Positions 1 to 11,934 of a stretch of 64,000 bases of DNA are shown here, piece after piece. The position numbers were made by a program, and so were the translations under genes. The stretch is from Camelus dromedarius. Its lineage: Eukaryota. The DNA is taken from NCBI RefSeq assembly GCF_036321535.1, contig NC_087436.1:13578001-13642000 (forward strand), written 5' to 3'. Position 1 is the stretch's first letter; every line of letters starts with the position of its first letter. Below the pieces are notes generated by a model. It was not told the origin of the DNA. It saw only the letters and a list, made by a program, of their open reading frames with translations, and ran no database searches.

Positions 1-189
1 GGAAAATATTTGGGGTCAGATTGAGCTGCCCAAAGATACACATGTACTAACCCAGGTCTTTCTGACTCCAGAGCCCAATTAACCACACAGACCCAGTCCT
101 GGCTGAGAGCTGAGCAAGGCCACTTCCTGTCATGTGTGGTTCCCAGCTTAAGAAGAGGGTTGCCCGAAATCCATAAATAACTCCCTGCT

Positions 190-1044
190 TTTCAATATAA
201 TGCATTCGTTTAATGTCATATTACCTAATTATAAAAATTAACCCATGGAAGCAGCATCTACCTTTTACATTATCAGGTCTCAAATATTTTCCAATCATTA
301 TAAGATTCAAGTCTATACTTGTTAAACATCTATTTAGCTCACACATACTTTTATAAAGTTTCAGAAGGAAAAAAAAAAAAAAAGACCTTTTTGGAATCAG
401 AAACAAGACTTGTCAAAGCAGACAAAAGCAACCTGAGGCAGGGGAGGCAGACCTGAAGACAGGGGCTGAGGGGCCAGAGGCACCAGACCCCAGTCAGAGC
501 TTCACAAAGAGTGAAAGGCTGAAGACCAGAGTCACGGATATAGAAGGCTTCTTTCAAATTCTTCTAAATTGAGTATTTTGTCTACGTATTCTTATTAGTT
601 TCACTGTTGGAGAAACACAGAACTTACTGCACTTTGTGCTGTGTACCCTCTCCCTGGGGCTGAAGAACTCGATCATCAAATACCCAAAAAGACAGACCCA
701 GTTCACATGAAACACGCCTTGTAGGTATTTCCATTTGCAACTTTCTGTTCCTTTATGCTGTTTCCTAGTGGACTAAGCCAACTGGTACAGATAATTCAGA
801 TATCAATAATGGACTGCGATCATGATTCTCTCATAGGAGAAAGAAAAGCCCAGAACCATGGTCTCCCATTCTGGTAGCAGTTTTTACAAAACAGCACTCT
901 AGAGCAAATTTGAACAGTTTTAGTGGTTTTAGTAAGCAAGTCCTCATTCGTGTGGCTTACGTATAATTGTGTCGGAGTGGACTTGGTTATACCTAGTGAG
1001 ACCGAAACCACCACCAGACCAAGACTGGCCTTTGGTGAAGGAAC
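190..1044 (-). other. TLR2: TLR2 3'UTR with candidate poly(A) signal ATTAAA (209-214)
   Basis: Lies downstream of the TAG stop; tttaat on + at 209-214. The transcript end is uncertain. Confidence 0.45.
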
Positions 1045-3402
1045 CTAGGACTTTATTGCAGCTCTCAAATTGAACCAAAACCCCTCCCGCTGCATTTCAT
1101 CAGCGGGCCACTCCAGGTAGGTCTTGGTGTTCATTATCTTCCGCAGTTTACAGAAGCGCTGGGGAATGGCCTTCCTCTCAATGGGCTCCAGCAGGATGAG
1201 GATGGCGGCGTCATCGCTCTCGTCAAAGAGACGGAAATGGGAGAAGTCCAGTTCGTACTTGCACCACTCGCTCTTCACAAAGTTCTCCGAGAGCACAAAG
1301 ATGGTTTTGTGGCTCTTTTCAATGCAGTCGATGATATTGTCAATAATCCATTTGCCAGGAATGAAGTCCCGCTTGTGAAGACACAACTTGAAGGGCGGGT
1401 TGAAGTGCTCCAGCTCCTGGACCATGAGGTTCTCCACCCAGTAGGAATCCTGCTCACTGTAGGACACAAAGGCGTCATAACAGAGGTCCCCGCGGGGAGC
1501 CTTCTTGGGCTTCCGTTTGGCCTGGAGCCAGGCCCACATCATCTTCATGTACCACACGCCGTGGAAATGGTGGCACAGAACCCCGGTGAGCAGGAGCAAC
1601 AGGAAAAGGGCGCAGCACGCGGCGGACACCACGGCTGCCCTGTGGCATTCAGCCACCGAGAGCCGGGCGTCCTGAACCCGCCGGCCCCGCACGTGGGATG
1701 GAGAGTCACACAGGTAGTTTTCTGGCCAGTCGATCAGGACCTGGGCCAGTGCTCGCTGCCCCTGCGTGAAAGACAGGAAGTCACAGGAGCAAATGAAGCT
1801 GTTGCCGCCGGCTTCCAAAGTCTTCAGCTTTTGAAAAGAGGCAAGTTGCTCCTTAGAGAAAGTACTGATTGTATTTCTACTGATTCTCATAACTAATAAC
1901 GTGGGTAAGGAGGAAGCATCTGGGAGGGTCTTCAACTTATTCCTGGAAATATAAAGTTCTTTGAGTTGCGGCAAAATCAAAGAAAATGAATTGAGATTGT
2001 TATTGCTAATATCTAAAATTTCCAGGGTCAGGGGGATGCAATAAGTTAAACTGTGTATTCTTGTGCTGGACAAGTTCAAGTATTTCATCTTTTCCGGCCA
2101 CTGACAATTTTCAGGCATTGAATCAAAATTATTCTTACTGATATCCAGGTGAGTCAGGTTTTTCAGAGTAAGCAAAACTTCGCCAGTTTTTTCTAATGAT
2201 TTCAAATGATTTTGCCTTAAAATTAAGGTTTGCAGGAAGGGCCAGGCATGCTCACAGGCTGAGTTTTCCAAGTATTCTTCAGACATTAAATTTTCACTGA
2301 GATCCAAATATTCTAACGATTTTAAGTGTTGTGAGAGTAAACAGGGAACCAGAAAAACCTTACTGTTTTCTATTATGATTCTTTTCACTTTTCCCGTGAG
2401 TGAATATATACTGCTCAGATCGTAAAATAAGAAAAAATTTGGAATAGTCAACTTCCGTACTGTTAACGTCTCCACGTTACCTAGGTATTTAAGTGTGCCT
2501 AAAACAGGCGTTCTAAATTTACCAAGTCCGTTCAGGGTGCAGCCATCAAACTCTACTTCTAACATCCCAGAAATATAATTCAGCAGTTTCACCAGCTCAC
2601 TAAAACTTTCATCAGTGATTTTTACATTTCTAAAGGTCAACTTGTTAATCCATGTATTGGTTTCATAGACGGCTATTTCTGAAATAGAGAACGTGTTCAG
2701 ATCAGTATCTCGCAGTTCTAAATGTCCGACAGAGCTTAAAAGATCTCCAAGGATCTCTAGCAGTGAAACCGGCTGCCTCATGCGAAGGATCAGATGAGTG
2801 ATGTTCTGAATTGACCTCAAACTCTTTGGCTCATACCTCTGCAGATTTGAAGCATCGATCTCAAGTTCCTCAAGAAAATTGAGCCCAGAGAAATCCTTTT
2901 CCTGAATCTCGGAGAAGGGGTTACTATTTCCTACTTTCAGAATTCGCAGATTGGGGAGATGAGAAAAAAGAGACGTTTCGCCAAGTGTTCTGTAAGGATT
3001 TCCCAGCAAGTTTAAGAATTTCAAGGCAGAAAGGGTCCTGAACCAGGAAGGTGATAAGTTAGACAAGCGATTATAGGATAAGTCCAAATGTTCGAGGCTC
3101 CTCAGGGGAAAAAAGGAATCTTCCTCTATTGTGTGGACTCCATTGGACCCCAGCCTCAAGGCCTTGAGGCCCACACACCTCTGCAGGTCATTGTTGCCGA
3201 CATAGGTGATCTTGTTATCGGACAGGTCAAGGCTTTTCACAGCTGCCGTGAGCCCTGGGGGGATGGCGTTTAAAGATCTGGCACGGCCATCACAGACGCC
3301 AGTGGGGTCACAAGACAGAGAATGGGCCTGATCAAGGGCCCCTTCCTTGGAGAGGCTGATTGCTGCTGCCAAGACCCACACTGTCCACAAAGCATGTGGC
3401 AT
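1045..3402 (-). CDS. TLR2: Toll-like receptor 2, complete single coding exon, 785 aa (signal peptide, LRR ectodomain, TM, TIR)
   Basis: Uninterrupted [14 protein letters not shown]...[11 protein letters not shown]...YDAFVSYS...[18 protein letters not shown]...LRAAIKS*. The true ATG is at 3402-3400, 16 nt downstream of a splice acceptor (tctcttatttgtag|GTTG, exon starts at 3418). The track's start at 3417 is a TTG. Confidence 0.98.
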   Translation of the reverse strand: MPHALWTVWVLAAAISLSKEGALDQAHSLSCDPTGVCDGRARSLNAIPPGLTAAVKSLDLSDNKITYVGNNDLQRCVGLKALRLGSNGVHTIEEDSFFPLRSLEHLDLSYNRLSNLSPSWFRTLSALKFLNLLGNPYRTLGETSLFSHLPNLRILKVGNSNPFSEIQEKDFSGLNFLEELEIDASNLQRYEPKSLRSIQNITHLILRMRQPVSLLEILGDLLSSVGHLELRDTDLNTFSISEIAVYETNTWINKLTFRNVKITDESFSELVKLLNYISGMLEVEFDGCTLNGLGKFRTPVLGTLKYLGNVETLTVRKLTIPNFFLFYDLSSIYSLTGKVKRIIIENSKVFLVPCLLSQHLKSLEYLDLSENLMSEEYLENSACEHAWPFLQTLILRQNHLKSLEKTGEVLLTLKNLTHLDISKNNFDSMPENCQWPEKMKYLNLSSTRIHSLTYCIPLTLEILDISNNNLNSFSLILPQLKELYISRNKLKTLPDASSLPTLLVMRISRNTISTFSKEQLASFQKLKTLEAGGNSFICSCDFLSFTQGQRALAQVLIDWPENYLCDSPSHVRGRRVQDARLSVAECHRAAVVSAACCALFLLLLLTGVLCHHFHGVWYMKMMWAWLQAKRKPKKAPRGDLCYDAFVSYSEQDSYWVENLMVQELEHFNPPFKLCLHKRDFIPGKWIIDNIIDCIEKSHKTIFVLSENFVKSEWCKYELDFSHFRLFDESDDAAILILLEPIERKAIPQRFCKLRKIMNTKTYLEWPADEMQREGFWFNLRAAIKS

Positions 3403-3504
3403 TGTCCAGTGACGCAACCTACAAATAAGAGAGGTTCAAATGAGTGATTGTGTTTGACAGCATATCTTAATTCTTGTCTTGAAAAACACTTTGTAAAATG
3501 CAAT

Positions 3505-3542
3505 ACACACCACACACACACACACATACACACACACACACA
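3505..3542. repeat. Interrupted (CA)n/(GT)n microsatellite ~100 bp upstream of the TLR2 ATG, intronic
   Basis: acacac cacacacaca cacacataca cacacacaca ca. Confidence 0.95.
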
Positions 3543-5689
3543 GAGCTAACTACCAAGAAGTAACAGGCAAATGGAATGTATGAATGGGGATAAAAAATGA
3601 ATTCCCTGGCACATCCAGCAACACTAACACAGACAGACTGCCACTGAGCCATGACTTAAAAGCACAGTTCCATCTGGGAGTGTGGATCGGGACCAAACAT
3701 GGGTTGAAAGAATGAGTAAATGAATGAAAGGAGGAATAAACAAGCGAGCAGTTTAAGAAATGGGCCGGGCTTAACCATACGGATGTACAACCACCTATTC
3801 CTACACTTTCCTACACTTCAAACCTTATGTAGGAGCATGCCTCCTCCCTGCCCTGATACCCCCTAGAATTAGAGGTCTAACAGAGCCAGACCACGGCTCT
3901 CACTGGACAACTTTCACTGAATGCAGATCCAGGAGGAACCCACTCTTTAACCCAGAGAAGAAGGTTCCATGCTTGCCAACCTGTCTTGCACCTCCAACTA
4001 GTGGGCAGGAGAGATGCTGAGAACCCCTGGGAGAGCAAGGTGGTTGGACTGAGGGACAATCAGACCGTGAGAAGCTTCTCTTCCTGCAGAGGACTAAGTG
4101 CAGGAAGCAGCGTTTAAGTGACCCAGCACTATTTTTTAAAAGATCATTTAGGGGAAACAATCAACATGACAGTATTACAGTTTTCATCTATATATTTTCC
4201 ATTGGGTTCTTTTTCTCATCTGCTATGTCATTCTTAGAGTTTCAAATTCTCTGCCAAAATGTTCGGCCTTGTCCTTGATCACCATGAACACAGTCAGCAC
4301 AGTCTGATAGGGTGCATGGCACTTCTGACAGCCTTGGAAGACAAGGAGTTAAAGGTTAAGGCCCGGGGCAGTCACGGATGGGACAGGTAAGGCTGAACTT
4401 CAGAAAATAAGCCCTCCGGTAAACTGCAGCAGAGCTTTGCTTTACCTGGATGGCTCAGACTGCTTCAGTCTCTGAAAACGGACTACAGTTATTTCTGGAA
4501 CGTGGGTACCCACAGAAGCAAAGGAAGATTTTCTCTCAAAGAAGATAACATTATCCTAGGCCTCACATTTCTTTCTACAAGTAATTTTTCAAATAAAATG
4601 CCCAGAATAAAATAAAAAACAACTGGACATGAAAAGAAGCAAGGTATTAAGCATGAGAAGAGGAGAAACAGCAGACAATGGAAACTAACCCCCAGGGGCT
4701 ACCCATCCATCATTGCACCCACCTCTAAAATTGACAGGGTTAAGATGAGGCGCCTATTACTATCTGGTACTATATCTATCCCATTGTCTTTCTGCTTAAT
4801 CAGCCATTAAAAAAATCCTCTTAGTATAATTGCTCTGGAGAACCAAAATTTATTTGATTTTTTTCCCTCATTTTTGTAATATATTGCACAAATCTTAAGA
4901 AATCTATATCAATTTTGGCTAAGATTTAATGTCAAACACATCCATTTTTAATTTTTCTAGCCTTTTCTCTTTAAAAGATAAAATTTATAAGAGCAGAGAT
5001 CTTGGGCTATTTGATACAGATATTATTTGGTACCTATTGCATGGTGGATTTTCAACAAATAAAAATTATCAATGATGCTAGAACTACAGTTAATGACTTG
5101 ACACTGAAGATCAGAATTACCTGTCTCTTCTCCCGTTTCCCCAGTACATGGGGCAGAGAATTCCTCAGTGTAAGACACTGAGAAAGGCAAGGGTGACGGC
5201 TCAAGTTAGACTGAGTGGTGTCAGATCTAACGGAGGTCGTGGATCTGGACAAAATAAAAATCACCTGCTTAAGGAATAGAGAAAGTTGACAAAGTGGGGA
5301 GGAATTATTGGTCCAAGACTCAGGAAAGGATGGAAGTGTGAGGAGTAAGCCCGGTGCTAAAGGCGACTCATGCCGAGAGGAAGTTGCAGCCCTGTGCCCC
5401 AGAGTGAAACCCGAGCCAGACACCCACTTTAGGATGAGGGCTGTGATGTCTGGGGGAAGTTGGAGTGGAGAAGGGACTCCTGACCCAGTGCATGATGCAG
5501 AACTGAAAGTGGGCTTTCCACAGAGCCACATGCAGGGAAAAGGCTACACCATATGTGAACAGGGACCTTAAAAATCTCTGCCCTCTGGCCCAGGGTCTCC
5601 ACTTGGCTGGAAGCCAGCCTGCTACATCTCTCTCGTAAGAAAGCAGAACCCAAGCCTGCCACATGTGCTGATATGGGACCAAATATTAA

Positions 5690-6480
5690 AAGATACAACA
5701 ACTAAGAATTTTTCAGAATTGAAGAAGAACATAAATTCCCAAATTACAAATGCATATCGAATCTCAAGCAAAAAAAGAATAGAAATTTCTCATCTAGCCT
5801 CAAAACAGTGGGATAATATCCTCAAAGGGCTGAGAAAACACACCTGTCAGTCTAGATGTCTATACCCATTTAAATTACCATCCAAGATAAAGAATGGAAT
5901 GGAATATTATTCAGTCATAAAAAGGAATGAAATCATGCCATTTGCAGCAACATAGACGGACTTAGAGATTATCATACTAAATGAAGTAAGTCAGACAGAG
6001 AAAGACAAATATTACATGATATCAATTATATGTGGAATCTAAAAAATAGTATAAATGAACTTCTTTGCAAAACAGAAACAGACTCAGAGACATAGAAAAC
6101 AAATTTACCAAAGGGGAAGAGGGTGGGATAAATTAGGACTATGGGATTAACAGATACACACTACCATATATAAAATAGATAAACAACAAGTATTTACTGT
6201 ATAGCACAGGCAATTATATTCAATTTCTTGTAATAATCAATACTGGAAAAGAGTCAAAAAAAGAGTATATATGTATAACCAAATCAGTTTGCTATGCACC
6301 TGAAACTAATGCAATATTATACATCAACTATACTTCAATAAAAATTAATTAATTAACAAACAAATTATCATCCAGAATAAAGATGAGATAGACATTTTCA
6401 AACATTCAAAACCTAAAAAAGAATTTTTATCCACAGACCCTCACTGAAAGAAGTAACCGAAAACATGTTCTTCAGCAATA
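5690..6480 (+). mobile_element. Old L1 ORF1-region fragment interrupted by a younger L1 3' end (~5895-6350)
   Basis: The inner part has a typical L1 ORF2-end/3'UTR (aaaggaatgaaatcatgccatttgcagcaaca...caactatacttcaataaaaa). It is flanked by a degenerate duplication (aaattaccatccaagataaaga / aaattatcatccagaataaaga). Confidence 0.8.
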
Positions 6481-7389
6481 TGGAAAATAAACCTGGTAAG
6501 AGTAGGCAACAAGAAGCAATAATTGAATTTTTTAATGTAATGATAGATAAGAAAAAAAACAACGCTCAGAAACCCGGATGAGGCTTTTTGGTATGAGGAA
6601 AAAGTTATGTAAATTTTAAATGATATTGTGAAGATAAAAACAATTTTGACAAGTAAGCCTATTTGGGAGGATGAATACAATTTAGATTTACTAAAAGGTC
6701 TTTATAAGGAGGTTACACTCAGGATGTCACATACAATAAATTATGCTCCATCACTAAAATCAAAACAAGATATTTAACCAAGCATGCCAAATTCTTAAAT
6801 ACAATAATGAAAAAAATTAACTGACACCTTAGAAACTTCCAAAATATGTTGTCAACATCCGGCAAGTTACGTAATAGGTGCATTATAAAAAGTTTAAAGA
6901 TACAAATGCTCTCTGCTTTTTGAAAAAAGGAACAAACTTAAAATATTGGTGAACAAGTCATTTTTTGAAAGGATGTTTGCCCCTTTTTTGGGAAGTGGGG
7001 AGTACTTTCAAGTCAGGCCATCTTATCTACCAGTTGCTTTTTGGTAAAAATCTGAGTTAGTCATAGTGCAGACAAGACCTTCTGCAAGATTACAAGCACC
7101 TCACCAGGCTGATTTGTTTACATCCGGATCAGTTTCCTTTGTCTCCCAGCCCTTCCCCCGCAACCACCCTCCCAACAGGAAAAACATCCTGGCTGGCGGC
7201 TTCTAAGTTCTAAACACAAGTTCTCATTTATAGAAGTTGAAGAAGTTGTAACGGCAGCGGGTGTGAAGCCCACCCTGGAGCAGAGGCCAGGCTCTGAATA
7301 GGGGAGCGAAGAGTCCTGGGCAGAACGGGATCTTGACCCTGTCCCACTTCTGAACCCTGGTGGCCGAAATCTACCTTTCACAGTTCGGC

Positions 7390-8400
7390 CCCAGGGGTAA
7401 CCAGTGAGCGCAGACGCACCCCCAGCAGGACGCGCCTGTGCAACCTGGAAAGCCTCTACCTGATCCCCGCCATCGCCGCTCGGGGGGACGAGGACGGAGG
7501 CGGCCAGGGCGCACAGAGCCGCCAGCGAGAGGGCGGCCCTAAGGGGAGGCCGAGCCACTGCCCACTCCCGCCTCCGGGATGCGGCCGCCTGGAGCCCTCG
7601 GAAGCGCCCTGCGGCCACCCCCTTGGAGGCTGGAGGGCGCTGGGCCCCGCCGCGGCCGGCGGGCACCGGGACGCCATGGGCTGGGCGTACCTGGGCCGCG
7701 CCCCGTCCCCTCTGGGCAGCTCCTGCTTCTCCCCCGGGCTCGCCTCCACCGGGCGGGTGTCCACATCCACGCGCGGGGCCGCGCAGACAGGACTGCGGGA
7801 GCGTCGACGGCCTGGGGACCGGGTGCTCCCGCCACCCCAGCGCCCGCGCCGCCTCCCCCGTACCCGAGTCGCGAGACTGGGACCCCGGGTGCCACCGATC
7901 GGGGAGCAGAGACCCCTGGCGCCCGCATCCGCGCCGCGGGCACCCTCCGGCCCCGCCTGCCCTCCCGACCGGGGACGGCGGCGGAGCTACGAGGCCCGCG
8001 GAGCGCGCTTTCCACACGACGTACCTGGGCGGCCGCGCCTTCTGCCGCCTCGGGTCGGGACCCGCCCGCGCCCAGGAGAACCTGCAGAGAGCAGTGCGTG
8101 CGGCCGGCGCCTCCTTCTCCCGGTGGGCGGGGACCACCCGCTCCGCGGAGTGCGCCTGGCTCCTGTGACCAGGGACACAACGGCACCTCCGCCCCTCCCC
8201 GCGGGCTCGGTCAGGTGACCGTCACCGAGGTCCTGCCCTGACAGCAGCCTCGTGCCGGGCCCGGGTCAGAAAAGATTGCTGGGACCTGGGTGGGGGTCGC
8301 GGGGCAGCGGAACGAGAACCGGGATGCTTGAGTCCACACCACCCCAACCCCGACCCCGCCACCCCACAGCCCCCTCCAACCTGGGATTCCCCCAAGGACA
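7390..8400 (-). promoter_or_regulatory. TLR2: CpG island / TLR2 promoter with GC boxes and a kappaB site
   Basis: Very high GC and CpG density. GC boxes at 8125-8132 and 8354-8360; GGGATTCCCC (rc GGGGAATCCC) at 8383-8392; ETS-type GGAAGT motifs on the minus strand just upstream (~8625, ~8675). Confidence 0.85.
8025..8110 (-). other. TLR2: TLR2 non-coding exon 1 (5' end approximate)
   Basis: Minus-strand donor CCCAG|gtacgtcgtg at 8025/8024, matching the human TLR2 exon-1 donor as I recall it; lies inside the CpG island. Confidence 0.7.
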
Positions 8401-11400
8401 GAAGCAGATTTCGAAACCAAAGAGAAGGCTTATTACCCTGCCAGTATTTTCTTCAAGCTTCAGGCACTCAAAGCCTCTTATTGCCCTGAAACATGCCGCT
8501 TTTACACGTCTCCGTTCTTCTCCATCCTCGGAAGTCCAAATTCCAGCTCGCGAATTATGCCTGATACCCACCTGTGCTCCTCCTCCTTTTCAGCACAACC
8601 CACCGGCCAGTGTATGTCCAGGGTCCACTTCCACCCGCAAGCCTGTGCTCTCCTGCGTTATATAACTCCCCAGTCACTTCCCAGACTGACACAGCAAGAT
8701 TTTGCCTGAGTTGCAGTTAAGGACAGCCCAGATGTTTTAAAACTTTCAGTCCTGTGGCAGTCTCCTGGTGGTGCATGACCGCCTCTGGCACCTACCTCCG
8801 ATCCCTGCTCTTACCATGAGAAGATGTGGGCTCCCGCCTACATCCAAGATTTTGAACCTTAGTCCATACCTTGCTCATTTCTATCCTTGCTTCTCAAAGT
8901 AAGTAATTTCAAAACCAGTCAGACTGGCTTTCTTCATGGCCCCAGAAACTAGTGAGGCATGTTTCTAGGGGAAACAAATAGCTTTTAAAAATTAAGCTGC
9001 CTTAATATTCATAAACTACATTTTATATTCACAATTACATTTGATCTTCCCAAATTGAGGTGGGAGGCTGAAGAAGTATTCTTGTTCCTCTTTTACACGG
9101 GAGGAAATGCCATGCAAATTGCAAGTGGCAGAAGTGAGATGTGAAACCAGAATTCTACCCTATGTTCAGGGTTCCTTCTGATACCCTGGTTTCTTGCCCC
9201 AACCTTCTATCTACCCTATTCTACATGCCTAGTGCTCAGTAAAGGTTCCAAACTCTGACAAACTTAATCACTAGGCTTAACGTGATGTGATGTGAACTTG
9301 AGAGAGTGGAGTCTGATTTTCCATATAGATTACTGATTACTGTGTGGAGATTTGTCTGTATCCCTGACCATCCAGGCCCTTCAGATGTCTGAAAGACTTT
9401 CTTCTTCTTACTTCTCCACCTCTTTTCCTCATGATTTCTCAACTGTGTACTTAAGAAAACTTCTTTCCAATTTCTTTGCCTTGAAACCCAAAACCTCTGT
9501 TCTTTCTCTGTCTAGCTTTTCTAGATGAACTGCCTAGATTGATTGATTTTATTGCTTCATAATCCCAAAGTCAATTCGAATATTCTGGCAAAGTTAGGTG
9601 GAAATCATTTATTTACCCACAACTTATTACTGGTGTCCTCTGTATACAGTGAAGATTTTTCTAAACATTCTCAGGAAGCTATTAGCACATTTTACTCAGG
9701 AACATTCTTACATGTGTTCAGTTCTTAACGTTTGCAAAGCTCTATCACATAAATCTTTTCACCTGAATCTCACACTAACACATGAAATAAATAGTTCTGA
9801 TATTACACCTTCAGGTCAAGTGATTAAAGAACTTGCCTCAAGTCACATGACTCACAGCAGCCAAGTGACAAATCCCAGGTCAGACTCCAAAACTCCTCAG
9901 CTTCTTTTCATTGTGACCTGAGACCTCCTCTAACTCCCTACAAAACTGTTTTTTCAGTTAGAAAATGAACAAAATATGGAAAAGTATTTGGTAAAAATGT
10001 AATGCTCATGGTATCTATATTTTGGAAACTGACTGAAATTCTAAAGTGAAGTTATCAAAAAACAGTCTGTGTCTTGTTCACATACAATATTTTGTAATAG
10101 TTAAAGAAAATAATAATACATCCATCAAAAACCACTTAATGAAAATCTGCTATAATCCTTGCACTAATACACAGATCTTTGTACACAAACACTCATTCTG
10201 CAAATTTTTTCTGCTTTGAACAGGTTTCAGTAACACCTGTAATTTTTTAAGAATCCTACTTGCTACTGCTTATGCAAAATAATGATAGCAAAATTCTAAA
10301 TCAAAATAGAGACAAGTTTTGAAAACTGAGAATATTTCATTGTGTAGATATTTTTCTTTTACCAACTAGAATTATTCTTTAACTCAAACCCTCCCTGCTG
10401 GGCAATGGCCTTCCTCTCAATGGGCTCCAGCAGGATGAGGATGGCGGCGTCATCGCTCTCGTCAAAGAGACGGAAATGGGAGAAGTCCAGTTCGTACTTG
10501 CACCACTCACTCTTCAAAGTTCTCCGAGAGCATAAAGATGGTTTTGTGGCTCTTTTTGATGTAGCTGATGATATTGTCAATAATCCATTTGCCAGGAATG
10601 AAGTCCCGCTTGTGAAGACACAACTTGAAGGGCGGGTTGAAGTGCTCCAGCTCCTGGACCATGAGGTTCTCCACCCAGTAGGAATCCTGCTCACTGTAGG
10701 ACACAAAGGCGTCATAACAGAGGTCCCCGCGGGGAGCCTTCTTGGGCTTCCGTTTGGCCTGGAGCCAGGCCCACATCATCTTCATGTACCACACGCCGTG
10801 GAAATGGTGGCACAGAACCCCGGTGAGCAGGAGCAACAGGAAAAGGGCGCAGCACGCGGCGGACACCACGGCTGCCCTGTGGCATTCAGCCACCGAGAGC
10901 CGGGCGTCCTGAACCCGCCGGCCCCGCACGTGGGATGGAGAGTCACACAGGTAGTTTTCTGGCCAGTCGATCAGGACCTGGGCCAGTGCTCACTGCCCCT
11001 GCGTGAAAGACAGGAAGTCGCGGGAGCAAATGGAGCTGTTGCTGCCGGCTTCCAAAGACTTCAGTTTGGGGGGGAAAAAATCAAGTTGTTTGTTAGAGAA
11101 AGTTTTATTTTCCTACCTATTACCAAGGAAGGAAGCATCTGGGAGGGTCTTCAACAGATACTTGAAAATGTTAAATTCTTTAGGATATGACAAAATAAAA
11201 GACTTTATTGCTAACATCTAATATGCCTAGAGTCTGGGAAACACTGAGTGTTAAATTGTGTAATTTTGCACTGGATAATTTCAATTATGTTTCCTTTTCT
11301 GGCCACTGGTAAGAACCAAGTGTACACTGACCAAGACCAATGTTAGTCAGATTTTTCTAGAGTAAGTAACATTCTCCAGAGTTTATAGATTATTTTGTCT

Positions 11401-11934
11401 TAAATTCAAACTCTGTAGGAAGCCTCACACATCCTTACGAACTGACTGTTTCAATTAGTCTCCAAGTATCAAATTTTCACTGAGATCCAGGTATCCTGTG
11501 GATTTGAAATATTGCATGCCAAGATGTGGTTGGTATTAAGCAGACTTTGGCACTTTCAACTGTGAATATCTTTAGTTAATATAAAACAAGCATGTCTTTA
11601 AAGTTCTGTCATCATGGAAGATTCTCATAGCTAAGCTCTGTTGTTATTATAGTTTCTGTTGAGCCTGGTCTGATCATGGAATCTCAGCCACCCCATTTTC
11701 CATTTTCCTGAAGTACAGTCTTCCAGTTCGACATCCAATAACTGTTTTTCAAATCTTACTGTTTAATTACTTCAATTTGTTTTACTATTAGTTTTTTCGC
11801 TGTGAGCCTGAGTGTTAAGATTTTCTTGTTACCTGTGATCTCATGTGAAGAGCAGTGTTTCTCACATTTAAATACTTTGAAAACTTCAAAGATTGCCAAA
11901 AACCTTTCAGAATAAAATTGACCTCTTCATATCT

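Noticed and set aside
1124..1896. Plus-strand ORFs antisense to TLR2 (and 10405-11190)
   Set aside because: Shadow frames of a GC-rich coding sequence, with no independent gene structure.
3403..3417. N-terminal extension MRHWT on the 790-aa ORF
   Set aside because: It starts at a TTG just after the splice acceptor; the canonical ATG is at 3402.
7118..8241. Multiple 180-339 aa ORFs on both strands
   Set aside because: Stop-poor CpG island; the translations are low-complexity Arg/Pro/Gly/Ala with no recognisable domain.
10359..10929. A second functional TLR2 gene
   Set aside because: Nonsense codon, frameshift, C-terminal deletion and a decayed, L1-interrupted ectodomain.
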